Notes: a model not told the origin generated them from the letters alone. 63,134 nucleotides of DNA, filler included, from Reticulomyxa filosa (GCA_000512085.1; 19 parts of 19 records of this genome joined end to end with filler, not necessarily neighbours in it), one strand, 5' to 3'. Shown: positions 35,697 to 48,628, counted from the first letter of the whole stretch. Program-made: numbers and translations.

Positions 35697-38600
35697 TTTT
35701 TTTTTGTATATATATATATAAACATAAATATAAAGATGCACTACAAGAATACTGTGCGCGGGTGGGATTAATTGAAAGAGCTTACAATCTCAAAGTCACG
35801 CGTATGTGTTTATCTGTATTTTTGTGTTGACCACAAAAATCTTACACTGTTTGCGACGAAAAGAACGATAGAGACAACAAGCAAAACAAAATAAAATAAA
35901 ATAAAGATCGAGACGATGCAGTGAGAAGCAATTGCGCTTTGTTTTTGACAGCCATGGGCATGGGAAATTACTCCTCACTAAGATTCAAGTTTTTTTTATT
36001 GTTGTTGGTTTGTGAAGAAGGAAAACAAAAAAAATTAAGAATAAGAATATAAAAAAAGTTGAAACAAAAAATGATGATGAAACGAAACATAGCGAAATGT
36101 ACGCATGCATGTGTACGGATATGGCGATGCCATCTTCAGCTCTGTCGTTAGCGATTTGGCGCTTGTGTCGCACGGGGAGATCTCAGGACGCACGTGAGAG
36201 GGATAAACTAATGAATGTGCTGTTGCGACTATTGGAAGAAGACCCATCTCTAAAAACAGAGCCCACGTTTTCGAGCAATCACTTGTATCCCAAAGAATTT
36301 GACACAGATGTATACGATAGCAATAGCAATGAAAAAGAAAAAGATAAAGATAATGAAAACAAAGACAATCGACAACGCAACAATTCAATGCAAAACAGGA
36401 GAGAGGAGACAATAGACCCATATCCAAGGAATCCGACAATAGCACGACTACACGAAAGCGACCCAAGTCTGCCTCCGTTAAAGCCAAGGTTGATGAAACA
36501 TTTGAGCGACGGAGCCAATGATATCCGACACTTGAATCACGTGGATCAAGCGGAGGATTGGAAGCCTCAAGATTTTCCGCTTCCACTCGTCACGTCGTCC
36601 TCGGTGCCTCCTCCGTCCCAAGTCTCTGCTGTCTCTGTTCCCGGCCCCACGAATAATGTGATATCGGCTACGACATCGTCGACGTCAAGTCCGTCTTTCC
36701 CTCCCAAAAAGCATCACTGGACCTTGGAGATCGACTCGCTGGACGCGAAGAGCGACAACGTAGACATGGACGAGAGTGAGTGGAAGAGGGATACGTTGGG
36801 ACGACTCCAATTGCAAGGGTCCAAGTCGGAATGGAAGGAAGACGACGCAGGTCGCATTGATCCGGACAAGCGAGAGCGAAGGATACAAGTAGTTGTAAAG
36901 GCGAACAAAGCCACGTCAATGAAGCGTAGGGTGTCCGACCCTTTGTGCACCAGCATGCAATCATCATCGTCATCGTCATCATCATTGTTCGCAAAAGTGA
37001 AGGCCACAATTGTACCATTTTCCGAGAGAAAGCTCGACGTCGCGATGTTGCATTCGGCACCGTTGGAAGGGGAGACAGCATTGGACTTGGGATTGGAACG
37101 CGACAAGCTGGAATACGTATTCCGTCGAACCCAGCGACGAATCGGGGTGTTTTTCGGTGTGCTGACGAAGCAATCGCTGATGATGTGTATCCAACGCGGT
37201 GCGCAGATTGTGCATATCAGTGGCCATGGCCCCAATGCACAGATGCTGCAAGTGGAGAATGGACGAGGAGGGATGGAAATTGTTACGAGTACCATGATCA
37301 AAGCAGCTCTCACCGACAGCTTGTGGCAACTGAAGTTGGTCTTTGTCTCCACCTGCTTCAGCGAACAGGTGGCGTCGGCATTTGTCGAGGCGGGTGTTCC
37401 ACACGTCGTCGCCGTGCATTCGTTGGTGCAGATCCACGACAAGGTCGCTATTGCATTCGCGCAAAGCTTCTATGAACACTTGCTCGGCAACAAGAACGTG
37501 GTCTTGGACGCCTTCAAAAATGCACAGGCCCAGCTCAAGTTGCAAGACAAAGACGACTGCTGTTGTCGTCATGAGGGACACAAGGAAGAGTGCTTATGTC
37601 CATATTGCAAACAGGTACGCTGTTGTAAAATACATCATTCAGCATCTTGTCCCGGAGCTGTTACTACAAATGCTGCCAATACTTCCAATTCTTCTTCTGT
37701 ATCCACGGACACTACGTCGACTTTCACTGTTGCCAACCCAAAGCCCCACACGAACATTCAAAGAAATTTCTATTGCTCGGTAAAGACGATCACAAGGAAC
37801 AAGTCCTTTGCGATGCCAATACCACTCCATTGGTATCCGACGACGAACTGATTCAACCCATAGTCCATCCTCTTCCAACCAACTTTGCACAGGGCGCACG
37901 TGATCGCAGCAACCCTATGACCGTGCTGGGACGACAGGAGGACATTCGCAATCTCGTGGAATTGCTGCATCCAGACGGCATTCGACCGCAGGACATGGTG
38001 GTGCTGTGTGGACCTAAATACGTGGGATGCACTACTGTCGGACAAGGGGTTGCCCAATTCTTTACTCGCCCGTGGTACACTCCGATTTTCCCCGGTGGAG
38101 TGTGGTGGATCGATTTGCGACCATTAGTCGATCCTGATCGTCTCTTTGGCTTCATTGCTGATCGCATGGCCGTGGGAATCGATCGAGGAAGGTTCCAATA
38201 TCGCGATCCGGGGACAAACCAAATGATGGACTATCCCAAAGACATACACGATCAGATCTGCAGCGAACAATACAAGGAAACGCCCAATGTCATTCATTAT
38301 ATCGACGAAGTACACGAACAAGATCATTACATTTTGTTCCGTGCTCACAAATATCAGGATCAAACACTGCATGCGCGACTGGAAAAAGACATTTACGTGC
38401 ACGTATCTACGCTTTTTAAAAAGTGCTCGCTCAATGAATTTCCGAAGGAGGTCTGGAAAGACCACCAAACTGGCACGGTCCAATCTCGTCGTATCATTTT
38501 CAAACCCATGGACGAACCTTCGGTTTTGGCTCAAATCAAACAGAAATGCCATGGACCCACTCTGTTTATTTTGGATCATTTGGAGTACAAAGAAGATCAA

Positions 38601-39427
38601 CTGAAACGCTTTCTCACCACTCTCAATTCCTTGTCCAATGAAATACATCGTGTTCGCATCTTGCTCATTTGTCATTCCAATATCTACAAACAAATCGAGG
38701 CTTTTGATCGCCTGCGCTTTCAGTATCGAGTTGATTGTCGTGTCTATCGATTGAAGGCTATTTCCAATGTTGATGCCTGTCGATTACTTAGAATACGGTT
38801 TGCTTTTCATTTTTGTGTTTGGTTCACATTTAAGGAAAGAAATACCAATATATTACAAATAGCACAAGACAACTGACGGAGTATGACTTCCAAGGATTGC
38901 CTCCCCCTCAATCTACCCAAGATTTAGCACAGTATCCTCTTTTCCATTGGCTTGCCAAGGCACCCAAGTTAATCGCAATGTGCGCAAAGTTGGTGGATTT
39001 GGACGTACCCTTGTGCGTTATCATTCGTTGCTCACAAATGCCTTCCACCAAATGGAAGTCGGCTTTAGAACCTTTCAAAGAGTCCATTGTCGTCAACGGA
39101 GGCGAAGATTGGTATAACACCGCATTAACTCAGCTGCCTGTGCTCATGGGGCAAATCGAAGCTGTCAAAGATCTGTGGAGTGAATACAATGACGACAATG
39201 AAGGTAATAACAACCCTCAGAACAGTAGTAATAGTGATAACAATAATATCGATCATAACAACAATAACAATAGCAATAACAATAATAATAACAATAACAG
39301 TAATAATAATAATGATAAAAATAGCAATAATAACAATAATAATAGCGAAGATAACAATAAAAATAGCAGTCATGATAATAAGGACACTACTGAAAGTGAT
39401 GTCAAATCTGAGAACAAAGACACATGA
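35697..39427 (+). CDS. CHAT (caspase-fold) domain + STAND/NB-ARC-like NTPase protein, 5'-truncated
   Basis: CHAT motifs IVHISGHG, LVFVSTCFS, GVPHVVAV and AFAQSFYEHL. STAND motifs VLGRQEDI, GPKYVGCT, FPGGVWWIDL, TLFILDHLE, VRILLICH and YRLKAISNVDACRLL. One frameshift at ~37725; intron 38798-38862; two small upstream exons; Asn-rich tail. Confidence 0.82.
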
Positions 39428-40404
39428 ACAAGACAGAGCAAAGCAAAAAATGGAATATTTGTAAAACATTTGTTTTTGAATTAAGATTTAGAGCCAGCTT
39501 TGGCTCCATTTCTTCAGCCGAGTGTCCATGGTTCAAACCTCCTCTCTCTTTTGTGCGCATTGGTTATACCATGAATTTTCTCTTTGAAATTTTATGGAAG
39601 TCCCTTGGGTTCTTTGAATATGTGATAGATGTTTGCCGGTTATTGATGCATTAGAACTGTGTCTGTTTTTTCCTCTTTCTTTTTTTTTCCCTTTACGCCT
39701 TTGTTTTTCTTCATTTTTTTTTAAACTTTTTTTTCCCCTTGTAGGCGGAAATATATTCCCATTTTTTGAGAACCTATGAGACGTAAACAAAAATTTTGTT
39801 TGTGGTTTGTGTTGGAAATATTTCACTACTCCAACATTGCTTTGTAACAAATTCATGCAATACTGTGCTTTCTTCTGAGCGGTTGTGCAATATTCCTGCA
39901 GTGGTACTGTCCACGCTTTAGTTGTGTCAATTGTAGTTGACACAAATTACACTTGTTGCATTGTTGTGATTATTTTACTCGCGTTTTCTCCTTTTTAATG
40001 ATAAAAATATTTTGCAAATTAAAAAATTTATTTTTTTGCATAATCTATCTTTGCTCAAGCGCTACTGACAATAACAAACGAGATAAATGTTGCTTAAAAA
40101 TAAATCAAGCAAAAATTTTTTTTTCCCAAATAACATCATTTTAGTTATTGTAACCTTAGGGAACAAAAAAGAGCATAACAATAATTTTATAAAAGTTGCA
40201 AATGCAAAGAAAAAATTATAATAAAAAATAAAATGCACAAAGGCAGTCAAGCAATAAAAAAGGTAAAAATCTACAAAAAAACTTAAATTTAAGCAATTCT
40301 TTAAAAAATCAAATTTTGTCAAAAAAAGAATTTACATTTTTCAAACAATTAGGAAATACGTAATAAAAACCAAAATCATTTTTAAAAATACACAATTTGT
40401 AGAT

Positions 40405-40470
40405 ATGTTGTTTCTTTATGAAGAAATTGGTCATCTATATAAGGTGTCAACCTTCTTTTGCATTATAGTG
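40405..40470. mobile_element. Tc1/mariner-like terminus, copy 1
   Basis: Similar to 43573-43651; ends GGTGTCAACCTTCTTTTGCATTATAGTG followed by TA. Confidence 0.5.
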
Positions 40471-43151
40471 TAATTTACAATAGTGCCAACCGGTCAGCAA
40501 TAGATAGCGACACATTTTGAGCGATTGTACACTTAAATATATGCTCTTAGACACAAAAAAAAGGAAAAATTTCATCAATTTTTCATTTTGAAGATAGAAA
40601 ATTACACGAGCGCGACTTGGAATAATCAGGCAAAATGCAAACGAGAACAAGAAGAGAGGTGAAAAAAGCAATGTTTTACCACATGATGGAATCTCTTGAT
40701 CTTTGCCTTGCACGGGTCAATGCTTGCTTTAATTTCCGTTTTTTTACTTCTTATTCTTACTAATTTTTTTTTTTCACTTTCTTGTTTTAAATTGTGATTC
40801 AACAGACTTAATTAACTCTTCGTGGCTTTAGAGTATATTCAAACAATATCAAATTGAGCATTTTTGTAAAGAAGAACAGTGTTGGTCTTCCTTTCACCAA
40901 CTGTATCTACAAAGTTGAGAACTATCGATCCTTTTTCGAAACTACTGCGCTCTTCTATACCTCAGAAACAAGACCAGGAGTTAGTGCTTCTTTCATCTCG
41001 GTCTATCACAAACTAATCCTTTTTTTGTGCACTTTGTTGACTAAACTGTTTTTCTGTTGCTTTTTAAAAAGTAAAAATCAAGTATTGAAAAAGATTGCAA
41101 CAAAATTGCATATTGTACAAAACTGTTTGTTCTTTGAAATAAAAAAAATATCAAATAAAATCACACTAAAAAACAATCTTATTTTTTCTTGATTTGTTGT
41201 TATTCTTAAAATAGACTTCTTTTCAGAGTTCAACTAATTGAAAAATAAAAAAGCTACTATATGCACAAATGCAAAAAAGTAGAAGACACACTACTTTTTT
41301 CTTTTTCTCTCTACTTACTTCGTCTAATTCACTTTCTATCTCTCGTCCTTACATTTTATGTCTAAAACAGCAACTGAAGTCGACGACACTTTGCTCTAAT
41401 TATCATGATTCACAAAATCATTGGGTATGAATTACCAAAAAGCAAGGTTGAAAAGGAGAATCAATTCGATTGGTTTAATTATCATATCGCAAGTTCAACT
41501 ATATTCAAAATAATAGAAAACACATAGTAGTCTATTATTATTAAAGTATATGATATAAAAAAAACATACATATAAAATAAACAAATAATTTATAAATAAA
41601 TGTCTGGGGTGAAAGAGTCTATTTTCAATTTCAATTTATTCAGGAACACGCTTTCCAATGTGTGTTGATATATGTATTTATGATATTTCTTTTTTTTTAA
41701 AAAATAAATAAAAACAAAGATATAAATACATTTACATTCATTTCATTTTAAATACACTAATAGGACATTGGCCTCCATAATTCGATAGTCATAGTCGCAA
41801 ATATAACAACGTCACTCCAAACATCACATACACTATTACTGCTAAACTCCTCCACTACAAACACTGACAAAATTGTCAATGTAACAGCATTATCACAAAG
41901 ATATGATGCAATCTCCACATGTCTATATCTTTTGTTGTATCAATAACAACAATATCAAATCTTCAACCAACCAAATTTATATTTACACTATCCGCCAATA
42001 CATGGTCATTGTTTTCGAATTGTTGAAGTTTCAGCAAATACATGAAATATAATTCAAATTAGTCTTTCTAAATCTTGTATGCAAACACAAGATTACGAAT
42101 ATGGAATTGATATGGCTATATGATATCTAAAAAATAAATTAACAATATTCATCATTTCAAGTTTTGAATGTTTTATTTCAAAAAATAATTTGAGATACAG
42201 CACAAGAATTTTCGTAAGTATCACAAAGATAAGTACCTGAAGACAAAAAAAAAAATAGAATGTTTGTGTTTGGCATAACTACGATGGTCTGATAACTTCT
42301 ACTGAACATCGAGCAAAACCGAAACTCACGAACTGATAACAATGCTTGTGAAGGCGATCATGACTGCAGAGGTAAGGTTTTTTTACCATAATAGGCTATA
42401 TTGCAAGCCATGCTAGGACAAAATACTGCACATGGAATTAGTGGTGACAGTGGAAATGGAATTAATTATGGTATTGATATGAAAAATTCCAGGACATTAA
42501 ATTCATAAAATCATGCAATACCAAAACAGCAGAACAAGATGGATATAACAATAACGCTAAAAGAAGCGATATGAAAAAAAAACACTAGATGGTGGACTAA
42601 TATATGAAGATGTAAAAGACAAAGAATTTTCGATTAAACTTGCAAGTCGTTGTGTCAAGTTCAAATACAACTGACTATATTATATTTGAAAACGTTTGGA
42701 AAAATAATATCTGAGTTCGACAACAATTAATGTGTGCAAATACTCCAACAATTATAGTAACTTCAATTAAGCAAGGAAACTAAAATCAACTTATGTTATT
42801 AAGTTTATGTGATTAAAGAACAAGAAAGGTACTAGTGCATAGTAAAAAAAATAAAAAAATTTCTAGACAACTTGATTGAAAAAGTTGTTTTTCGAATGGC
42901 ATTTGTGTTTGAACCAGCTATTGACTCCAGTACCTGAAGTTTATTTGGAAATAAAGTGACTGAGAATTTTCCTGCTGAAGGCAAGTGGAAAATTATTGGA
43001 AATTTCACAAATTTGTACAACATTGGACAATTGGTAGATTGAACTGTACAATATTATTTTTGGTCAAGATCAAGTCATTGGAAAAAAGGCCAAAAGGCTA
43101 GAGAAGCGGGAAAAGAGCTAAAGTAAAAAATAATACATTTAACAAAGTTTA

Positions 43152-43400
43152 CACTTGTGCTTAAAAGAAGCTTTATGTGTAATTTACTACTTGGTGGCGT
43201 CGCCCTTGGCTTTTATCACAGCATGAATGCGCTTAGGCATTGAAGCAATAAGCCTATCACACAAATAACACTCAATCGAGTACAATTGCTTCTAAATTCA
43301 TCAAAGAGCTCCTCTTTGCTGGAAAATGGTTCATTTTTGTAAGTACGGCACTTGGTAATCCACCAAAGGTTCTCAATTGGATTCAGATCTTGTTTGCCAC
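43152..43400 (-). mobile_element. Tc1/IS630-type DDE transposase remnant (C-terminus) with candidate TIR
   Basis: DLNPIENLW motif and, after a frameshift, DRLIASMPKRIHAVIKAKGDATK* (stop 43187-43189). Candidate end TA|CACTTGTGCTTAAAAGAAG at 43152. Confidence 0.85.
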
Positions 43401-43572
43401 TTTTCACCTTGAGGAAAAAGAAGGATGTAGAACTTTTCAAATAAATGCAAGAGATAAGATAGTACAACATAGNNNNNNNNNNNNNNNNNNNNNNNNNNNN
43501 NNNNNNNNNNNNNNNNTTAATTAATTAANNNNNNNNNNNNNNNNNNNNNNNNNNNNNNNNNNNNNNNNNNNN

Positions 43573-43651
43573 ATGTTGTTTTTTCATGTAGAAAATCAAT
43601 CATCTCTATAAGGTGCCATTTTAGGTGTCAACTTTACTTTGCATTATACTG
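43573..43651. mobile_element. Tc1/mariner-like terminus, copy 2, inserted at a TA in a WD40 gene
   Basis: Reverse complement reads TA|CAGTATAATGCAAAGTAAAGTTGACACC. WD40 coding sequence (SVKYG) begins right at the TA. Confidence 0.6.
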
Positions 43652-44070
43652 TAGTGTAAAATATGGACCAAATGAATTAAGAAATGTTGGTAGTACAAAT
43701 ACAATATTACATGGATTAGATGATAAAAGTATTCGTTTGTGGGATATTCGATCTGGTGAACAAACTCAAGTATTTAACGGACATATAACTTGTGTTAATA
43801 CTGTTGTATACTCATAATTTGTAGTAAACAGTATCGAAATTGGTGGTAATTCAAATGCAATATGTTCTGGATCATATGATAATACAATTCGTTTTTGGGG
43901 TATTCGATCAAATAAGAATCAATTGTATGTGATTAAAGGAGAATCAAGATGGTAGAATATCATGACTTAAATTTGTACAATTGAAAAAGAAATAGAATGG
44001 CAATGAAAGTACAAATGGTGTTAATTTACATTACGATTTATACAAATGTTTTATTCGCGTTTTGGGAAAA
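43652..44070 (+). pseudogene. WD40 family pseudogene, 3' half
   Basis: SVKYGPNEL...KSIRLWDIRSGEQTQVFNGH...YS*FVV...TIRFWGIRSNKN, with stops and frameshifts. Confidence 0.85.
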
Positions 44071-44709
44071 TTTTTATCTTCATCAAGTAATTATTTCAAA
44101 TCTTGTTTTATTTGATTTTTTTGGTTTAATCTTTTGAAAATTTATTATAAGTTTTTTAATTAACACTTTATACAATGTCTTATGAAAAGAACAAATTTTT
44201 GATTTATGATTTAATTTTTTTGAAAAAAAAGTTATGACTCATATATTCAGATGCACATTACACAATGTTGACAAAAAACTCATTGCTGAGGCAAAGACTT
44301 TTTTAGCTTTGCTTGCAGAGAATTCGTACATATAATTGTTGCGCATATTTTTTGAATCAAAAACATTTCAATGAAATATTCACAAAATAATTAAAATTTT
44401 ATTACACTTCAAAATATTCAGACATCACAGCAATAAATAATAACAGCAATTCTACAATGCAAAAATTTTCAAATTAGAAAATATTCTTCACAGCAAAATA
44501 TGATATTTATTTTTCATTTCAAAATTTTTCTTTTCCAGTTTTACCAAAAAAGTTCAAGCATTTTTTCATCTTGCATAATGAAGGATCATCTGAAAAAAAA
44601 CTAAAAGAAGTGAAAAGAATGAACTTAAACTTATTAATAAAAGTTGAGTCCAAGTTGTCTTTAAGTTTTTATTTCCTTTATTTCTCGTTGTAAACTGTAA
44701 TTGAAACAG

Positions 44710-45951
44710 TCAAAAGAAGAAGAAATCCAAATAATTATTCATCATTGGATTAGAATATTGCATATCAAGTTTGGATGGGTCAAAGATTTTAACAAACTCG
44801 TTGTCAATTATGTTAATTCATTTTGTTTCTTTTATTTAAATACCAATTAAAAAACTCAAACATTTAATTAACATAGGCATATACTATTTTTATATTTGAT
44901 ACATTTCGTTCATCATCAAAATTAACCAAAACATTCACTGGACATAATGATATTGTGCGAAGTATTGATTATTCAACATTTAATAGTAATCAATTCGTTT
45001 GTTCTGGATCAGATGATAAAACAGTTCGTGTATGGGATTTTGATAATAATACACAAATTCAATTATTCAATGACCATTCAGATGATGTACATTGTGTAAA
45101 AATTTTCACAATATCATTATCATAATCATCATCAAAATGTCATTTGTTCTTCATCACTTGACAAAACCATTCGTTTTTGGGATTTCAAACATAATAAGCA
45201 ATTACAAATATTCAATGGACATACTAGTGGTGTTCGTGGTATTGAATTTTCATCATTTAATGATGGTAGATATTTATGTTCTGGATCATATGATAAAACA
45301 ATTCGTTTATGGGATATTGAGACATCAAGATCATTGCATGTTTTCAACGGACATAAAAATGGTGTTTTGTGTGTTGATATTTCACCACTACAAAGTAATA
45401 GTGATAATAAAAGTAGTAATATTGGTGGTAATGGATATACAATTTGTTCTGGATCATTTGATCAAACCATTCGAATATGGGATATTGAAACAACAAAACA
45501 AGTAAATGTACTTAAAGGACATAATGGTTATATGATAAGTGTTAAATATGGATTAAATGAATTAAGAAATACAATATTATCTGGGTCAAGAGATAAAAGC
45601 GTTCGTTTGTGGGATATTCGATCTGTTGAACAAATTCAAGTGTTCAATGGGCATACAGATTATGTGAACACAGTTGAATATTCACCATTTGTGATAAATA
45701 ATAATAGTAAAGCTGTTGGTAGCAATAGTTCAAATGTGATATGCTCTGGATCATGGGATAATACAATTCGTTTTTGGGATATTCGATCAAATAAGAATGA
45801 ATTATATTTAATGAATGGAGATGATAAAAGTATTGGAATATTATATATTAAATTTTTACAATTAAAAGACAATAAGGACAATAATGATAATATTAATTTG
45901 TGTTATGCTTCAAGTAATGGTCCAATTCATATTTGGGGCAGTGATAATTGA
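44710..45951 (+). CDS. LGW exon + WD40 propeller gene (one frameshift at an A-run; gene or young pseudogene)
   Basis: Exon 44710-44811 SKEEEIQIIIHHWIRILHIKFGWVKDFNKLVVNY; intron 44812-44876; WD40 exon 44877-45951 with one extra A at ~45102. First exon not identified. Confidence 0.82.
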
Positions 45952-46793
45952 GACGTTTGCAAAGGACTTATAAAAAAAAATTATTCAAAACGAAAATACA
46001 ATTTATTTTCAAAGTAAAAAAATTCGGTTTTGTTAATGAAAAATTATATTGAAGCAATGAAAATATTTTCTCATTAAATAAAAAATAAAACAATAATTTA
46101 CTTGAAAATAAAATACTTGTAATAATATTTGAAAATATTGAATCTACTATATCGAAATAATCACTACTTTATCATCAAATGAAAAATATAATCATTTAAT
46201 CAGTGACAGATATCGTACTAGATAAGTAATACTATAAATATATATTACAGTTGAATGCAAAAGAAATTTGGCATCTAATTTTTTTTCATTTCAAAAAAAA
46301 TACCTATGAATCGTGTACTTTTCTCAAAAATTTTGAAAAATAAATAAAATATTCAAATTTTTGAAACAGTTAGAAAAGATTTATTTAAAAACTTGACCAT
46401 CGTACCTGCATCACAATAATGACATTTTTCTAACTTTTTTTAAGTATTTTCAAAAAAAGTTTTTTTCTAAAATAAACATCAAAATTTAAGAAATTCTTTA
46501 TGAAACCGAAAACTCTGTAGAAACAGCAAAAACAAATCAAAAGTAAGAGCTTTTAATGAGTGAAAAGAGTCTTGATATATTATTCTATTAGTTGTTTGAA
46601 GTACAACCTTGCACTTACATAACAATATTAATGTGACTTTTCTTTTTTTTTGAAGGGCCTTTTGTTGAAGGAACAATAGAAAATACTGTTACAGAGTTGA
46701 ACATGATAATAAAAAAATTCACAACTTTCATAAAGTAAATTTTCGAGGTTCTTTTTTAAGCACAGCTTTTTTTGTCATCATAAAGAAGGATAA

Positions 46794-47028
46794 ATGTTGG
46801 ACTTGAAAGTTGAAAGAGACGAAAAAAATTCAGAAAACGAAAAAGAAACATTTTCCAGTTTTGGCTGTTATAACAAAGACTGGATATTGTTAACTAATAA
46901 ACCACAAAAATTAAATTCGTTAATCTGCTGTGTTTGCAAACAAATTGCAAATAATGCAGTAGAATTACAATGTGATGAGCATGAGAATATAGAACAAGCA
47001 CATTTGATCGGAGAAGAATGCCTACAAA
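46794..47028 (+). CDS. Protein with a divergent N-terminal RING-like finger (TRAF-like), truncated
   Basis: LICCVCKQIANNAVELQCDEH...LIGEECLQ resembles the CxxC...C.H...CxxC spacing with one ligand lost. Confidence 0.55.
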
Positions 47029-48547
47029 NNNNNNNNNNNNNNNNNNNNNNNNNNNNNNNNNNNNNNNNNNNNTTAATTAATTAANNNNNNNNNNNNNNNN
47101 NNNNNNNNNNNNNNNNNNNNNNNNNNNNTTTTTTTTTTTGAGACAAAGAAACATTTTAAAGGATAAGCAAATTCTAAAAGGATTTGTTTAGATTTTTTTT
47201 TTCAAATTTTTTATATCAAATGTGTCAAAATTAAAAAAAATTTATTTTTGTTAAAGCAAAAACATTAAACTAAAAACTACAGAACTTTTGCAAGGGTCAC
47301 AAGCACAAAACTTTTGCCAACTCTTTTTTTAATGTTTGTTATTTTTATTCCAAATTGTTTTTTAAAATGGCACGTAAAGTTTTTACTTTTGTGTTTTACG
47401 TGAAGCAGATGAAAATGACGAAACTTCACAAATGAATATAGAGTTGTTGCGCGTTTTTGCGTATTGAAAAGTGTAAGATTATCAAAAAAAATTAATGTAT
47501 GTTATTTGCTTTATTGTTTTCTTGTTTATTTGAGAGATGAAACTCTAGAAAAAGGTTAAACAGGTTAGACTGATGTGCATTTTTCTTTTTTTTCAATAAA
47601 AAAAGAAAGAGACACGAATGATCGATTTTTTAAATGCTGATACAATTTTTTTAATTTTTGGTACAGCAGGGTGGCGTGTGGATTAATAAAAAATGTTTTT
47701 ATGTGATGTTATACAACAGATCTTGCGTGACTTTGAAAAACTGATTATTGACAACAGTACTTTAAAACTTAAGGTTTGTTATTGGTAGAAATTTTTTTAA
47801 AAGAGGGCAAATTAAAGGATGAATAATTTTTGTTCTCACGGAATGAGAAACGCAATGATTCATTAATAAAACTGATCACTTGCAAAGAAATTAAACTAAA
47901 TATTTGTGATCTTTAAAGCTTAGAAACATATTGTTGATTGTTTGGATTTGATTCAATAGAACAAATGACGAATGGCCAGAATTGCCAAGTGAGTAACAAA
48001 TTTTTGTGTGATAATTGTTGGCAACTAAATTTTTTTTCAATGTGATCAGTTTCAAATTTGTAAATAATTTAAAAAATGATTCTATCAAGATGATTTAATT
48101 TCTCATTGTGCCCGTGCTCTCTTTTGGCTAACAGTCAGTTTTAATTTCTTGTGCCAGATTGAGATTGTTCCTCGGCGTTAGATGCAGAACTTTGTTCTTT
48201 GGTTTTGAGGTCATTTTCAACATCTAACACGCTGCTCTGAGTGAGCCAGCAAAGAGGACGGATTACCTCCATGATCCAAGCGATTTTTATAAGTGGGCGA
48301 TTGGGTGTTGTTATATGATACAGTTCGAAAGGGGAAGTACTGGTTTAAATAAAAACTTTAGTTCTAGCTAATAAAAAAAATGACACTAACGATACTCACC
48401 CAAGTTTCATGTTATAATGATATATGAAAAAAAGACAACTCTGATGCTCAAAAACTATCAACGAAGCATGAACTAAGCGTAATGAGCGTGACAACGCAAA
48501 GAAACAAAGGCTCAGCTTTGGTAGAAAAAAAAAGCAAACAAAAAAAA

Positions 48548-48597
48548 AAAAATGTGATACTTTCTCGATTTTTGCGTGTCATCCTTGCGCAGGGGCC

Positions 48598-48628
<31 letters not shown>

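Noticed and set aside
36668-37581. Long antisense and alternate-frame ORFs over the CHAT gene
   Set aside because: They are shadows of a GC-rich real exon.
41760-42600. Possible kinase or other gene remnant (CDVWSDVV)
   Set aside because: Too degraded, with no further motifs in order.
43187-43651. Transposase remnant and TIR as a single element spanning the linker
   Set aside because: Linkage across the linker is unsupported and the two candidate termini are only loosely similar.
48090-48345. GC-richer segment downstream of U6, as a possible second snRNA or GST fragment
   Set aside because: No snRNA motifs are recognisable, and the short peptide similarity is not supportable.
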